From the NCBI RefSeq assembly GCF_018977255.1, contig NW_024704743.1, forward strand, positions 88,042,001-88,106,000: DNA of 64,000 nt, given 5' to 3'. Made by a program: the position numbers and the translations under genes. Positions 49,200 to 61,865 of this stretch are shown here, one piece after another. The notes beneath the pieces were generated by a model. That model was not told where the DNA came from and made no database searches. It saw only the letters and a program-made list of their open reading frames with translations. The DNA comes from Callorhinchus milii (taxonomy: Eukaryota). How positions within the stretch are numbered: position 1 is the stretch's first letter; each line of letters starts with the position of its first letter.

Positions 49200-49620
49200 T
49201 AGGTCCTCTCCTGTATTTGGCTCCACCACTCCACCACCCCCATCATGGTTCGGCTGGATTGACCAGAGGATCAAGTTTAAAATCTTTGTCCTCTCATTCA
49301 AATTCCTTTGTGCCATCACCCCATCCCAACTCCTACTCTGCAACCTTCTGAAAACCTCCCAACCGGGCCATTCCCTTGCTCCACAAACACTGTGCTGATC
49401 AATGTCTCCCCACCAGTCCCATTGACCCACCAGCAGTGGGCAAGGTTTCAGCCTTGCCCAGCTCTCTGGAACTCTATCCTGGAGTTTCCGTGCCTCACAC
49501 CCTCTCTCTTCTAAAGAGTGCCTATGACCTATCTCTTCGACCGTGCCTCATTCCCTCATTGTGAAGCGATTTGATGCGTCTTCCTGATGTGAAAGATGCT
49601 GTACAAATGTAAATTGCTGT
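49200..49620 (+). mobile_element. Old L2 3' fragment
   Basis: ccagaggatcaagtttaaaatc, ctctggaactc and tcctgatgtgaaagatgctgtacaaatgtaa. Confidence 0.75.
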
Positions 49621-50280
49621 TTTAAAATAACATAAACAACTGAAGATTGCAGTGATGTACTCAATGAAAATAAAATGCAGATGTCCAACCTTTCCAGGTT
49701 ATTTGTATAAAGTCAGATAACAGCTGTACTATATGTTTTTCTTTCAATTTCTTTTATTTAACAGTTATCTGTCCCACAAAGGCTTCTAAAAATACATTGC
49801 ATTATGCTGGCTGGGTTTCCAAGCATTGAAAAAGCCTCCATAGAATTCTGTTTGCTGAATAAATACTAATTCACATGGTATTTTTGTAGTAATGAAAGAT
49901 AAATTGTAGCGAATCTATCTAAGAGGACAAGTTAATAGCCTTCTATAAAGTACCAGGGAAGAATGATCTCGAAAAGGTCAAGTCTCTTGTCATGATATCT
50001 TTTCTCACATTAAAACATGGGAATAAACTGGCTATATTTTCCTGGTAATGCATGTGTAACAATTATAGTACCAATAAAAGATGAGAAAAATGAAGACATG
50101 AGTACTATATGTGAAAGGTTGGAAATTGTATTTTAATCTCTTGGGTGTAAAATAATTAATTATAACATATGCATAATTCAGGGTGTAATTTCTCTTTTTT
50201 TTACAGAGTGAGGGTGTGGTTCAGAGAAGCTGCAGAGTGCTTTTTTATTAAAATGGATGCACAATTTCAATATTCATAAT

Positions 50281-50652
50281 AAAAATTATAATCCTTGCTT
50301 TTGATATAGTGCCTTTCACAGATGTCTCAAAATGTTTCCCGGAACATACCATAAAATGTAGTGACAGTATTTGGTATTCGAACACAACAGCCATATTTGC
50401 ACACAACAATGCCCCATAAACAGCCATGAAGAAAATGACAAATTTTATTTTGGGGATTCTTAGCCTTGGCATTGGGAGTAACTCCCCTTTTTGAATAGTG
50501 CCATGGAGTCTTCAGCATTTATTTAAACAGGCAGACAAGACCTCAATTTAATGTCTCACCTGAAGGATGGCATCTCCAGCCTAGATTATGAGTTCCAAGT
50601 CCCAACATTCTGACTCTGAGGCAAGAATGTTACCAACTGAGCTAGGCTGACC
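50281..50652 (-). mobile_element. DeuSINE-like SINE, near full length
   Basis: Tail through aacaggcagacaagacctc to taccaactgagctaggctgac. Confidence 0.85.
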
Positions 50653-51061
50653 CATTTGTTTTGAATTAAAGTGGATGTACTATTTCAATATTAATAATAA
50701 AAATAATATTTCCATTTGATATAGTGCCTTTCACTTTGGGAGGACATGTCAAAGCACATCTCAAAGGACATCTCAAATATTATTCCCAATATTTCAGTAC
50801 TTATCGCAGGGTGTTTAAGCTCCAACAGAAGCTCCTTCATGTGGAGATGCTGAGTGAAAGTCATCTGCCTCCCAAAGGAAGAGAGGTGCTCCCCACTGAT
50901 CCTATACCACACTCTGCCCTCATAGGGAGTTGGGGGATATGAGACCTGGGATGGGAAGTTCAAAAAGTGTCAAGTAAGAGCACATGGCATAGTCCAACAT
51001 GGATTCAATTTAGAGATTAGCTAAAATAATGTATAGGAATAGTGTGGATATGCTAAAGACA

Positions 51062-51390
51062 AGCCCTCCTCTCTCGCCGCCCCAAGCCAATGTAGCCGGA
51101 TCCTCCATGTGACTCTATCAGTAGTCGAAAGCTATCATCACCATCTGTGGCCAAGTCTTCAAATACTATGCCCCTAACTTCTGGAACTCCCTCCCTCTAC
51201 CTGCCCGTATGTCTCGCTCATCTTTATCGGTCTTTAAATCTTGCCTTAAATCTACCTGTTCAACAGAACCTGTGGTCACCTCCCCCTCTGCCTTCTCCCT
51301 TCCTTGGTGTTTGATATGTTTTTTGTAAGGAGCTCCAACACATTATCCTATGTTGAAGGATGCTAAACAAATGCAAGCTGTTGTTATTGA
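51062..51390 (+). mobile_element. Old L2 3' fragment
   Basis: ttctggaactccctccct...ctttaaatcttgccttaaa...aaatgcaagctgttgtt. Confidence 0.7.
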
Positions 51391-51998
51391 AATGCAAGCT
51401 GGAAATAGAATGCATGATCTGGCTTCATGGACGTTGGCATTGAGAAGTGTATTGGTGAGGAAGGGTTTCCTCCGGCAATCCAAGTAATTCCTATCTATTA
51501 TTTAGACATTTCTAAATTTAAGATGCATGTTAGACGGCTGCATTTTATAAACCTCCAATGCCAAGGACTGGGTCACCTGGCCCAGAGCTGTTGTACTTTG
51601 GGGACCACTGATAAGTACATTTGATTAGCAGCCTCTTCCATGTTTTGTTGTATAAAATAAAGCAAAGATATACTAAAGTGACATTTACAATCTGACCATG
51701 TTAATGTCTACTCGTTCTCATCTTCTTCCCAGCCACAGAAAGATGGTGGAATTAGGAATAAGAAGTACCAAGTTAAATAATGTATTCAAAAGGGTTTATT
51801 TTAAAGAAAAAGGATTGTTTGGAATAAAGATAGACAATGCTGGAAAGATGCATGATTTGGCAGGAATAGAAAGAGTGAGAATATGAATGTTATATTCAGA
51901 ATAATGGGATGAAAAATGCAGTGCGATGTGAGGACCAGCCTGACATTCTTTATGTTCTTATATTTCTAAAATATAAAGAATTTAGATTTTTAAAAATT

Positions 51999-52370
51999 GT
52001 GGAGTCCTGTAGCTCAGTGGTTGGAACGCTTGCCTCGCAAGCAAGAGACCTGGGTTCGATTTCCAGTAGGGCAAAACGTTGGGCAAGTTTCCTTGCTCCA
52101 CACTCCTCTGTTTATGTAGCAGTAAGTGAGAACCCGTTTATTAGTCGATTGGTGAATCACTTTTCCGGGGATAGTAATTCCTTCCAAAAAAATAATAATA
52201 ATAAATTGGTCACTCAATCCATGACTGTTTGTGGGACACTGCTGTGTGCAATTGGCTGCTGCATTTCGCCCACAAAATATACAGTCAATTCACTTTACAG
52301 TATATTCTGTGAAGCATTTTGAGACATCTCGAAGACGTGATAATATGTTATCAAATGCAAGGATTATTAT
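51999..52370 (+). mobile_element. Full-length long-form tRNA-Ala SINE (older subfamily)
   Basis: Same head and tail as 45576, with an extra ~60-bp middle (ctcctctgtttatgtagcagtaagtgagaacccg...) and tail loop tctcgaaga. Confidence 0.92.
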
Positions 52371-53176
52371 ATTTATTATATAAATTTGTAAAATCTTGAT
52401 TTGGAAGCTGATTTTCCACAGTTCTGTTTCAGTACAGAAATGGTGAAATCACAAGATCCCATAATAGGTTCAGATAAAGAAGGCCCCTTGGCCCATTTGA
52501 TTTCATCCTTTCGGAATACTCGCCCAACTGTGTTTCCATCACAGCATCAAGCTGTTTTTTAAATTAATTCAGCCATCCTGGCTTCAACCACCCTTCCTGG
52601 TAACCTTTTGGGTTCCACATGTTGGCAGGTTCAAGAGCTACTGGCCCACTCAAGACAGAGTGATGAGGTGGTGGTCAACAATCATTGACTGCAAAATCTC
52701 TGGGCACAGAATGACACATGATGTGATAATCATCACCTGTAATAATTATCACCATTAATAATTATCCCATCAGGTAGACCATTTTATACCCGGATACCAC
52801 AATTCAGGGTCAGAGTTCATGAGCTAACAATGGCTAAAATAATCAGGGCCAATTTGCTGGTCATTTCTCCGCGAGTGGGCAACACAAGAGTTAAACAAGT
52901 GTTAGGGAGAAATAAATCCATTTCCAATTTTCTTCAGTCTTTACCTTAGGAATCAAAGCAAAACAAATTGGACAGTTGCAATTGAAAACATTGGAAATTC
53001 CTGCCATGCTTAGAGGCAAGATGATTGGGGAAATGCAAAGTTAAGTGTGCTTTTCTCTGTCATTGTATTCTGAAACCAACGTTAAATATTACTATATTCA
53101 AACTTCATAAACTAGTGAATAGTGAAATTCAAAACATGAGTCATAAATTAAGTATAAAATATAGTACCAAGATGTA

Positions 53177-53475
53177 AATAGTGATCCTTGCATTTGGTAT
53201 AGTGCCTTTCAATGAAGGTAGGACATCTCAAAGCTCTTTACAAAATTATTTTACTGTAAAAGTGTAGTGGCTGTATATTCGTAAGTGAACACAGCAGCCC
53301 ATTTATGTACAGAAATGTTCCACAAACAGCCATGAAGTGAATAATCAATTTTAATTAAAGGGTTGTTGACCAGAACCTTGGAAGAAACTCCCTTTGCTTT
53401 TCAACTAGTGATATGGGATCTTTAACTTTCACCTGAACAGCCAGACAGGACCTTGGTGTAACAATGCATCCAAAG
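53177..53475 (-). mobile_element. DeuSINE-like SINE, partial
   Basis: Tail plus atgggatctttaactttcacctgaacagccagacaggacctt. Confidence 0.85.
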
Positions 53476-55322
53476 AACAAATGGTTAAACACCAACTGAA
53501 TTTGTTATGAAGACTCACTTCTACAATTAGCTCACATGTCTTCATAGTCACAGCATCTGATTATAATTATAAGCTAACTAGGCACTTGAAACCTTTTTCC
53601 AAGCACGCAGTATTACATAATGCAACTTTTGTCTTCTGATTTTTCAGTCCAGCTTCAAATCTGAGAGCTTTCATTAATGTCTCATTTCAAAGAAAAATCA
53701 CGCTTACCAGAGGATGGTTACAACTTGCACTAATTTACCATAAAATTGATTATCTTTCCATCTTTTGTTTCTGTTGCGAGAGTCCGTGCTGGTAGCTGCT
53801 TTTGTTTTCTCCACTAACTAGCTCCATGGGGGTAGGATGCTTGAAATGTGAATCCTTTGCCAGGGATTTGTCAACACAAATCCCTAAATGAGGGAAAACT
53901 GCTTGTTTTTTTTCTACCTCCATCTGTCTGTTTATTCATATTCTAAAAAAGAAACTGAATTCTCATATGACTGAGTCAGTAAAAATCATAGATAGTTCTC
54001 TAACAACAGCACTAACTTTGTGGTTCAAACCAGGAGTGTTTTGTAGCATTTTACACTGTATTGTTAATACGCTGTGTCAAGCACATCAGTGAAACCACTG
54101 AACGATGTCCATGCTTTTATTTATATACTGTATGCCTGGCATTGAAAACATCCCACTACAAAGCCCCGCATGTTAGAGAATGGAAAAATCTAGGCTCATA
54201 GGTACATCTTAGTTCCACCAGATGCCAAATTCTGCACACGGAGCATCGCTGCTTGTTTGGGAAATGCGGTGGGTTTCGTGACTGCCAATGAACAAATCCT
54301 CAAAGATTCTTTTAGTTGGAAAATATTTTCATTAAGCAGATTTGAAAGCTGTATTCTCTCTTCTCCCCACCCCTTCCCTCCCTTCCCCCCTCCCAACCCG
54401 CCTCCCCTCCCTTGACAGTGCCGCCTACCGCTAGATTATTGTACATGCTCTCTGCACTGCAGTGCCCTTTGAAAATTGGCATGACTGCCGCTGTGCTCAG
54501 ATGATTTAAAATTCATAGAGGGTTTGGAAGTAGCAGTTTTTCATTATGTAGCCGTGTCGCAGCAAAAGTAATGATTATTGATTGGGAACCAGTTTTGCAA
54601 ATGGTGTACTTGACTCCTATTGGCGCACATCTCTCCCAGGGCTAGGGCGGCAGCTGTCAGCTGGTCTTTGTAGACACACTCCTTTCCATCTGTACTGCTA
54701 TATTAGCAGGGTCACAAGGGGTTTAACCCTCTCTGGATCTCCTGGGGACAATAACATACTAGTTGATTTGGCTGTGAAGTTATACCTATGATTAATAGAT
54801 GGGATAACCGCTTCTTGCTCTGTTAAAGCACTTTAGGAGTAATTATCCAGTTTGATCCAAGCAGATTATGAAACCGATAACCACAAAACATCACAACTGT
54901 AGTAGCAGCCAAGAATTTGGCTGAACCCACTGTCTGGCTTGTCCTGGGATTGAAAGGAATGTTTTGGTTGATTAGTGGGTGTGTTTTACAGGAACATTGA
55001 TAATGAACCATATCATTTTATTTTCGTCACAAATGAGCCTTATTTGTCACATGCTGTATGACCCCTAATTGTCACAAAATGTTGCATCACATTATGGGCG
55101 GTTAGCTGTCGGCACATTTAATTTTATTGTTCATTTAAATCTTGGCATGCTCAGGCTGTACAGCATAATTTAGTGTGCATCAAAAAAGTTGGCACCATAG
55201 AAAGACAGAATACAGTGAAATAAGCAGCAACCGCTTTTTTGTACAAAATCACTGCACGGAGGATGAGTTAAAAACCGTGTTTCCAAATCACAGTTTACCA
55301 TCTACTTATGCTCCACCCATTC

Positions 55323-55622
55323 AATAACACTAACAATCTTTGCGTTTGATATAATTTGATATAACACCTTTCAAATCATATTTCAAAGCATTCACAGCAG
55401 CTTGCTATAATGTGTAGTGATAGTGTATGTTGCAGGCAAATGTAGCAGCCAATTTGTGCATATCAGTGTCCCTCAAATAGCCATGAAGAGAATAAACAGT
55501 TTTATATGCTCCTTTTTCTTTTCAAGTAGGGTCATGGGATCTTAAACGTCCACCTGAATAGGCAGACAGGACCTTGGTTTAAATGTCTGATCTGAAGGAT
55601 GGCATTCCCAACAATGCAACAC
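55323..55622 (-). mobile_element. DeuSINE-like SINE, partial
   Basis: catgggatcttaaacgtccacctgaataggcagacaggaccttggtttaaatgtctgatc. Confidence 0.85.
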
Positions 55623-56113
55623 ATCTAAACTCTTAACATCAACGCAATTTAAATTTTTCTTGCATAATAAGTGGAGCGATTTATCCACAATTTTAATATT
55701 GTGTTTAGCTGCAAACTTAATTTTGTAATTGTGACATACAGAGTTCAACATGTTAGTCGACATTGCTTTGAGATTTTGGACCAAAGCAGACAGCCGCTGA
55801 AATAACGGTGCTTTCAGGCCTGTAAATATAACCTTGGAGGTCTGGTTAATCCACTTGCATCTGAAGGTAAAATGTAAGATTCCAAGCTTTGCCACATCTA
55901 TTATTTTGCTGCAGTTGATGAATTTGTGTCTATGTTTGGCAGGAATTGAATGCAACGTTTATATCCAGTGTAGGCTCAAATGGTCAAACATCGATTTGTC
56001 AGACTGCTTTTTTACATTATTGGTTTGTAACACTCAGTATTCAGTGTATCTTGTTGTTGTTGTATATATTTATACTTCACTGAAGTTATGTACTTTATAT
56101 AACACACTAGAGT

Positions 56114-56670
56114 ATATCAGCCTGGATAGTTGGTAGCACTCTCATCTCTGTTACCCGGCTCCGCCACTGTCTCACACCGCAGGCCACCACGACCCTCAGC
56201 TCTGGTCTGAAACATTGTCCAGCGCTTTGGGACATTTTCCCAACGTGAAAGGCGCTATAAAAATGTAATTTTGTTGTTGTTGTTGAGTCAGAAGGTTGTG
56301 GATTTAAGCCCTATGTCAGGATTTGGAACTCACATAATCTAAGATGACCCTCCAATGCAGTGCTTGGGGTTGTGCTGCATTGTTGGAGGTGCCATCCATC
56401 AGATAAGATGTTATACTGAAGCCATATCTGCTTGTTCAAATAACCATTAAAGATCCCATAGCACTATTTGAAAAGTGAAGAACGTTTCTCCTGGTATTCT
56501 GGCCAATAATCCCCCAATAAAATTGATTACTTATTTCATGGTTGTTTGTAGGACATTGCTGTGTGCAAAATTGGCTGCCGGGTTCGCCCACAAAACACAC
56601 TGTGAAGCACTTTGGGACATCCTTCTGAAGTGAAAGCGCTATATCAAATGTAAAGATAATTATAATTATT
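56114..56670 (+). mobile_element. DeuSINE-like SINE, full length, with a mini-L2 inserted in its head (56151-56285)
   Basis: Head ...ggtagcactctcatctctg|agtcagaaggttgtgg is split by L2 text ending in (TTG)n. Deu domain ttaaagatcccatagcactatttg and tail follow. Confidence 0.88.
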
Positions 56671-56758
56671 AAAACTCTGTACCTCATCTGTATGAACTTT
56701 ATATAATACACTGCAGTCAGTGTAGAGTTCTGTACCTCAACAATGTCAATTCAAGTGT

Positions 56759-56855
56759 CAAATACAGTCAATTCACTTTACAGTATATTCCGTGAAGCGC
56801 TTTGAGACATCTAGAAAACGTGAAAAGCGCTATATCAAATGCAAGGATTATTATA
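56759..56855 (+). mobile_element. tRNA-Ala-family SINE tail
   Basis: aaatacagtcaattcactttacag...gagacatctagaaaacgtgaaaagcgctatatcaaatgcaagg. Confidence 0.9.
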
Positions 56856-56953
56856 ATGTTACCTAGTTTATGGACTACATACTGAGGGTTTGTTAAAGTA
56901 ATAGTTGAAACCTGATAGGAAAATGCTTGACATTTGGTGTGATTTGGCCTTCA

Positions 56954-57925
56954 ACACTCAACTCTATCTTGACACCCAACTCTATCTTTCTGCCTCCATC
57001 CTCAACTCCAGGACCACTGCTGTCCTGACAGACTGCCTGTCTGACATCAAGTCCTGGATGAGGACAAATTTCCTACAGTTGAATGTGAACAAGATTGAGG
57101 CCATCCTGGTTGGCTCACGCCAATGCCTCAGCGCCTCAGGCTCTGGCAACATCAACCTCCATGGTTGCATACTACAACTCACCAAGTCAGTCAGGAACCT
57201 AGGTGTCTTATTCGACCCTCAACTGTCTTTTTACCCCCACATTTAAGCCATGTCCCACTCTGCCTTCCCTCACCTCCGTAACATCGCCCGACTCCACCAC
57301 TACCTCACCCCTCAGGCCGCTGAAACTCTTGTTTCATGCCTTCATCACCTCTAGGCTCGACGATGCAAATGCCCTGCGTGTCGGCCTTCCCAACTCCTCC
57401 CTCCACAGGCTGCAGATAATCCAGAACTCTGCAGCCCATGTCCTCTCCCGCACCAAACTCTTTGACCCCATCTCCCCAACTCTCGCCCAACTCCATAGGC
57501 TCCCTATCCTTCAGAGGATCCAGTTCAAGATCCTGGTCCTCACATACAAAGCCCTCCATGGCCTCGCCCCACCCTACCTCTGCGACCTCCTAACCCCCTT
57601 CCAACACACCCGTTCCCTCCGCTTAGCCGGCTCTGGCCTGCTCCATGTCCCGCGACCCACCCGCCCAACCATTGGCAGGAGAGCCTTCAGCCACTCTGCC
57701 CCCAACCTCTGGAATTCTATCACCCAGTCACTCCGCCTCGCCCCTTCCTTAGCCTCCTTCAAGTCCCGTCTCAAGACTCTCCTCTTCGACCATGCCATCC
57801 CCCTTCCCCTCCCCTCCCTTCTACCCCCCTGACTCCAGCTTGGGTCTGAAATCCTGTACACTGTCCAGCGCCTTGGCACGTCGTCCCAACATGAAAGGCG
57901 CTATACAAATGTAATGTTGTTGTTG
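56954..57925 (+). mobile_element. L2 3' ~1 kb fragment
   Basis: DTQLYLS..CLSDIKSWMRTNFLQLN, HAFITSRLD and LPILQRIQFKIL, then tail and (TTG)n. Confidence 0.95.
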
Positions 57926-58488
57926 ATTGCCTTTACATTTCAGTCGAGCATCTGATAGACAACAGTAACATATCAAGGGGCTCAGGTGACATCGTTACAC
58001 GTAAGAGCAAGGTTTTATGTGGTTTATCAATATTCTCCCAATCCTGAGGTACATCAAGTTTGTAATATACATACCAACCTATGTTATTCTTTATATACAT
58101 AGCTAGATTGTTTTTGGAAGGGGGAGTATGTTTTCAGCAAATATATATTTTTTGCTATCAGCAGGTGTCCTATTGAATAGCAACAGATGGTAAGCTTACA
58201 TGATTGAATCACATGATTTGAAGTGAAATACTATTGCACCACGTGGCTTTAAATCCAGTAATATCAGATTTTATTTGACTGCATGTTACAAGGGTCTAGG
58301 GATACCCAGAGTATTTCATAGTGTTTTACAAATGCCATGTTCCTTAAGGTTTTAAACTGAAGGTTTATTCACGGAGTTAGTGTAGCATTTTAGAAACAAC
58401 GTTAAGGTAGCAAAATGCTTAATTAACATTTGGTGAGCCATTGCATAATATTATCGTTCACTATCGTTCAGTGATCGACAAAGTGAAC

Positions 58489-59366
58489 TCGGACCATCAC
58501 TTCATCTCCCTTAACTCCTCAATCCCTCGTCCCACCGCAACCAAACCCACCTCCATCTTCTACCGCCCCTGGAAAAAATCTCCCTCCCCTCCACCTCTCC
58601 GCTGCCTTAGAATCATCTGAACTCCTCCCTCTCTGGGCTTCCTCCAGCAATGACCTATCCTCCTCGGTCACACTTCTCCACAACTCCCTCTCCACCATTC
58701 TCGATTCCCTTGCTCCCTTCACTTCCCGAGCCGTCTCCTACTCACGAAAGTTACCATGGTACACCAGCCACCTCCACTCCCTTAAAGCACAGGAGTGAGT
58801 GTGCCACTGAACGCAACTGGCTTAAATCAAACTTAACGGTCCATCGGCAGATCTGGCTGGACCCTATCAAATCTTACCATTCTGCCCTCGCCTCTGCTAT
58901 ATTGTCGTTTGACTCCAAGTCAATCTTGGAGGCCAAGGACAATCCCAGGCTCCTCTTCTCCATCACCAACCGGCTCCTCCGCCCACCATCTCATGCCTCA
59001 CCCATCTTCACTTCCAATGTCAACTGTGAGGCGATGTTCAACTTCCTCGAGTCCAAAGTCGAGGTGATCCACTCAGCTGCCGCTGCCCTTCTGCCTGCTA
59101 CCCCTCCTCATCTCCCCCTCACACTCCCACCCCTACTCATCCCTCCTTCCACACCTTCAAACCTGTCTCCAACTCTTCCCCCACCACCACTATAACATGC
59201 ATGAAACCACCTGCTCCCTCGATCCCATCCCTACTCATCTCCTCACCATTCGCACCCCATTAAAAAACACCGTCATCACTCCTATCCTTAAAAAACCCTC
59301 CCTGGACCCATCTCTTCCCTCAAACTACCACACCGTCTCCAACCTCCCTTTCCTCTCCAAGGTCCT
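58489..59366 (+). mobile_element. L2 fragment (EN SDH motif to start of RT), left of the CR1 insertion
   Basis: Starts tcggaccat (SDH), includes LTVHRQIWLD...LEAKDNPRLLFS, and ends ctctccaaggtcct (LSKV). Confidence 0.92.
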
Positions 59367-61399
59367 GTAATGAGTCGTTGCAGATGACCAGGGATATTCT
59401 GTCTAGGATGAAAAAGAAGAAGATGGCGTACGACAATTGGCGGATGCAAGACACTGAGGATAGCAAAGCGCATTATAGAGAATGCAGGAGTGATCTTAAA
59501 AGAGCGATATGACAGGCTCTCGTGATCGCATGAGAAGAGGTTAGCGGGTAACATAAAAGGGAATCCTAAAATATTTTATAAGCACATAAAGCAAAAAGGT
59601 TAGTTAAAGGTAGGGTGGGGCCAATCAAAGACAATGACGACAATCTTGTTGTGGAGGCAGAGCGCATGGCTGATGTACTAAATGAGTACTTTGCATCTGT
59701 CTTCACAACGGAAACGGATGGCCCAAATGCCACAGTATTGGATGACAGGTTAGAGGACATAGATCAGATTACTATAGACAGAGAGGAAGTTCTGAAAAGA
59801 TTGACTGGGCTCAAAATTAATAAATCACCAGGACCAGATGGGTTTCACCCAAGGTTGCTGTGGGAGATACGGGTTCAAATAGCAGAGGCTTTGGCCATTA
59901 TATTTCAATCGTCATTGGACACAGGAGTGGTGCCAAGAGACTGGAGAGTAGCTAATGTTACCCCACTCTACAAAAAAGGGCAGAAAGACAAGCCCCGAAA
60001 TTGCAGGCCAGTCAGCCTAACTTCAGTAATAGGAAAGCTACTGGAGACCGTAATCCGGGACAAAATAAATCTCTACTTAGAGGAACACGAGGTAATTAGA
60101 GACACCCAACGTGGATTTGTTAAAGGCAAATCTTGCCTAACAAATCTAATAGAATTTTTTGAAAAGGTGACTGCGAGGGTTGACGAGGGAAATGCGGTGG
60201 ACATTATTTACATGGATTTTAAAAAGGCTTTTGACACAGTACCGCATAAGAGGTTAATAAAAAAACTGGAGGCCCAAGGTATTAAGGGGACAGTAGCTGT
60301 TTGGATTAGGAACTGGCTGAGTGACAGAATGCAGAGGCTGGTGGTTAATGGGTGTTTCTCGCAATGGAAGGAGGTGTGCAGCGGTGTCCCCCAGGGATCG
60401 GTATTGGGACCACTGCTCTTTCTAATATATATTAATGATCTGGACTTGGGCATAGGGAGCACTATTTCCAAGTTTGCAGATGATACCAAGTTAGGTAGGG
60501 TAGTAAATAGTGAAGACGATTGTGACGGACTGCAGGCAGACATACACAGAATGGTGGAATGGCTGACATGTGGCAGATGGATTTCAATGTAGATAAGTGC
60601 GAGGTGATACACTTAGGTAGGAAAAATGATAGGAGGCAATATAGGCTTGGTAGCTCAATCTTAAGGGGGGTAAACGTACAGAGAGATCTGGTCGTTCAAG
60701 AAAGCGACTCATTGAAGGTGGCAGAGCAGGTAGATAGGGCAGTAAAAAGGGCATTTGGTGTACTGAGCTTCAGTAGTAGGGGCATAGAGTATAAGAGTAG
60801 GGAGGTTATGTTTAATCTGTACAAAACACTGGTTAGGCCTCAGCTGGAGTACTGTGTCCAGTTCTGGGCACCTTACCTCAGGAAGGATATTAAGGCACTG
60901 GAAAGGGTGCAGAGGAGATTCACGAGAATGATACCAGGAATGGGGAAGCTTAGCTATGAGGACAGGCTGGAAAAGTTAGGACTTTTCCCATTAGAGCAGA
61001 GAAAGTTACGCGGGGACCTGATAGAGGTCCTCAAGATCATGAAAGGTTTCGACAGGCTAGATAGGGAAAAGCTGTTTCCGCTGGTAGGTGTGTCTGTGAC
61101 TCGTGGTCACAGTCTTAAGATATCTACCAAAAGAAGCAGAGGGGAGGTTAGAAGAAATGTTTTCACTCAGCGAGTTGTTCGAATTTGGAATGATCTGCCC
61201 GAAAGGGCAGTGAAGTCCGATTCGATAACAGCTTTTACGAGAGAACTGGCTAGGTATCTGGGGAAGACAGGTTTGCAGGGTTATGGGGAGAGAGTTGGTG
61301 AGTGGGGTTAATAAAAGTCAGTTGCTCTGTCAAAGAGCCGGCACAGACTCGATGGGCCGAATGGCCTCCTTCTGTACCGTAACATTCTATGATTCTATG
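59367..61399 (+). mobile_element. CR1 LINE, 5'-truncated, nearly intact ORF2 RT and C-terminus
   Basis: ORFs 59615-60592 and 60559-61311 contain [62 protein letters not shown] and FTQRVVRIWN. A 1-nt frameshift lies near 60562. The 3' UTR has gatgggccgaatggcctcc and ends in (ATTCTATG)2. Confidence 0.97.
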
Positions 61400-61865
61400 A
61401 TATCATCTGCAGACATAGGGTCAACTTCCACATGTATGCGGAGGACACCCAACTGTACCTCTCTGGCTCCACCCTTAACTCCAGAACCACTGACAGAATG
61501 TCTGTCAGACATCAAGTCCTGGATGAGAGATAACTTTCTTCACTTAAACGTCAGAAAGACTGAGGCTCTCCTCACCTCAGGTGCTGACAGCATCACCCAT
61601 CCATGGTTGAACGCTCCACCTTACTAAACCAGTCCAGAAACTTGACATCCTGTTTGACCCTCAACTATCCTTTCTACCCCACATCTGTGCCATGACCCAT
61701 CTCAAGACCCTCCTCTTCGACCATGCTTTCGATCACCTTGCTTCTCCACTGCACCCAACCCTCCCCAATCCCGACCTCCAACTGTGGTCCGAAACACTGA
61801 CTGTCCAGCACCTTGGGACTGCCTCCTGATGTGAAAGGCACTGTACAAATATAATTTGTTGTTGT
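61400..61865 (+). mobile_element. L2 continuation right of the CR1, internally deleted
   Basis: atcatctgcagacatagggtcaacttccacatgtatgcggaggac (VNFHMYAED), a jump to the 3' end at ~61695, and the TTG tail. Confidence 0.92.

Noticed and set aside
59615..61311. Longest ORFs (325 aa and 250 aa) as a host gene or novel RT system
   Set aside because: Standard CR1 ORF2 text with a frameshift, 5' truncation and the CR1 terminal repeat. No accessory genes nearby.
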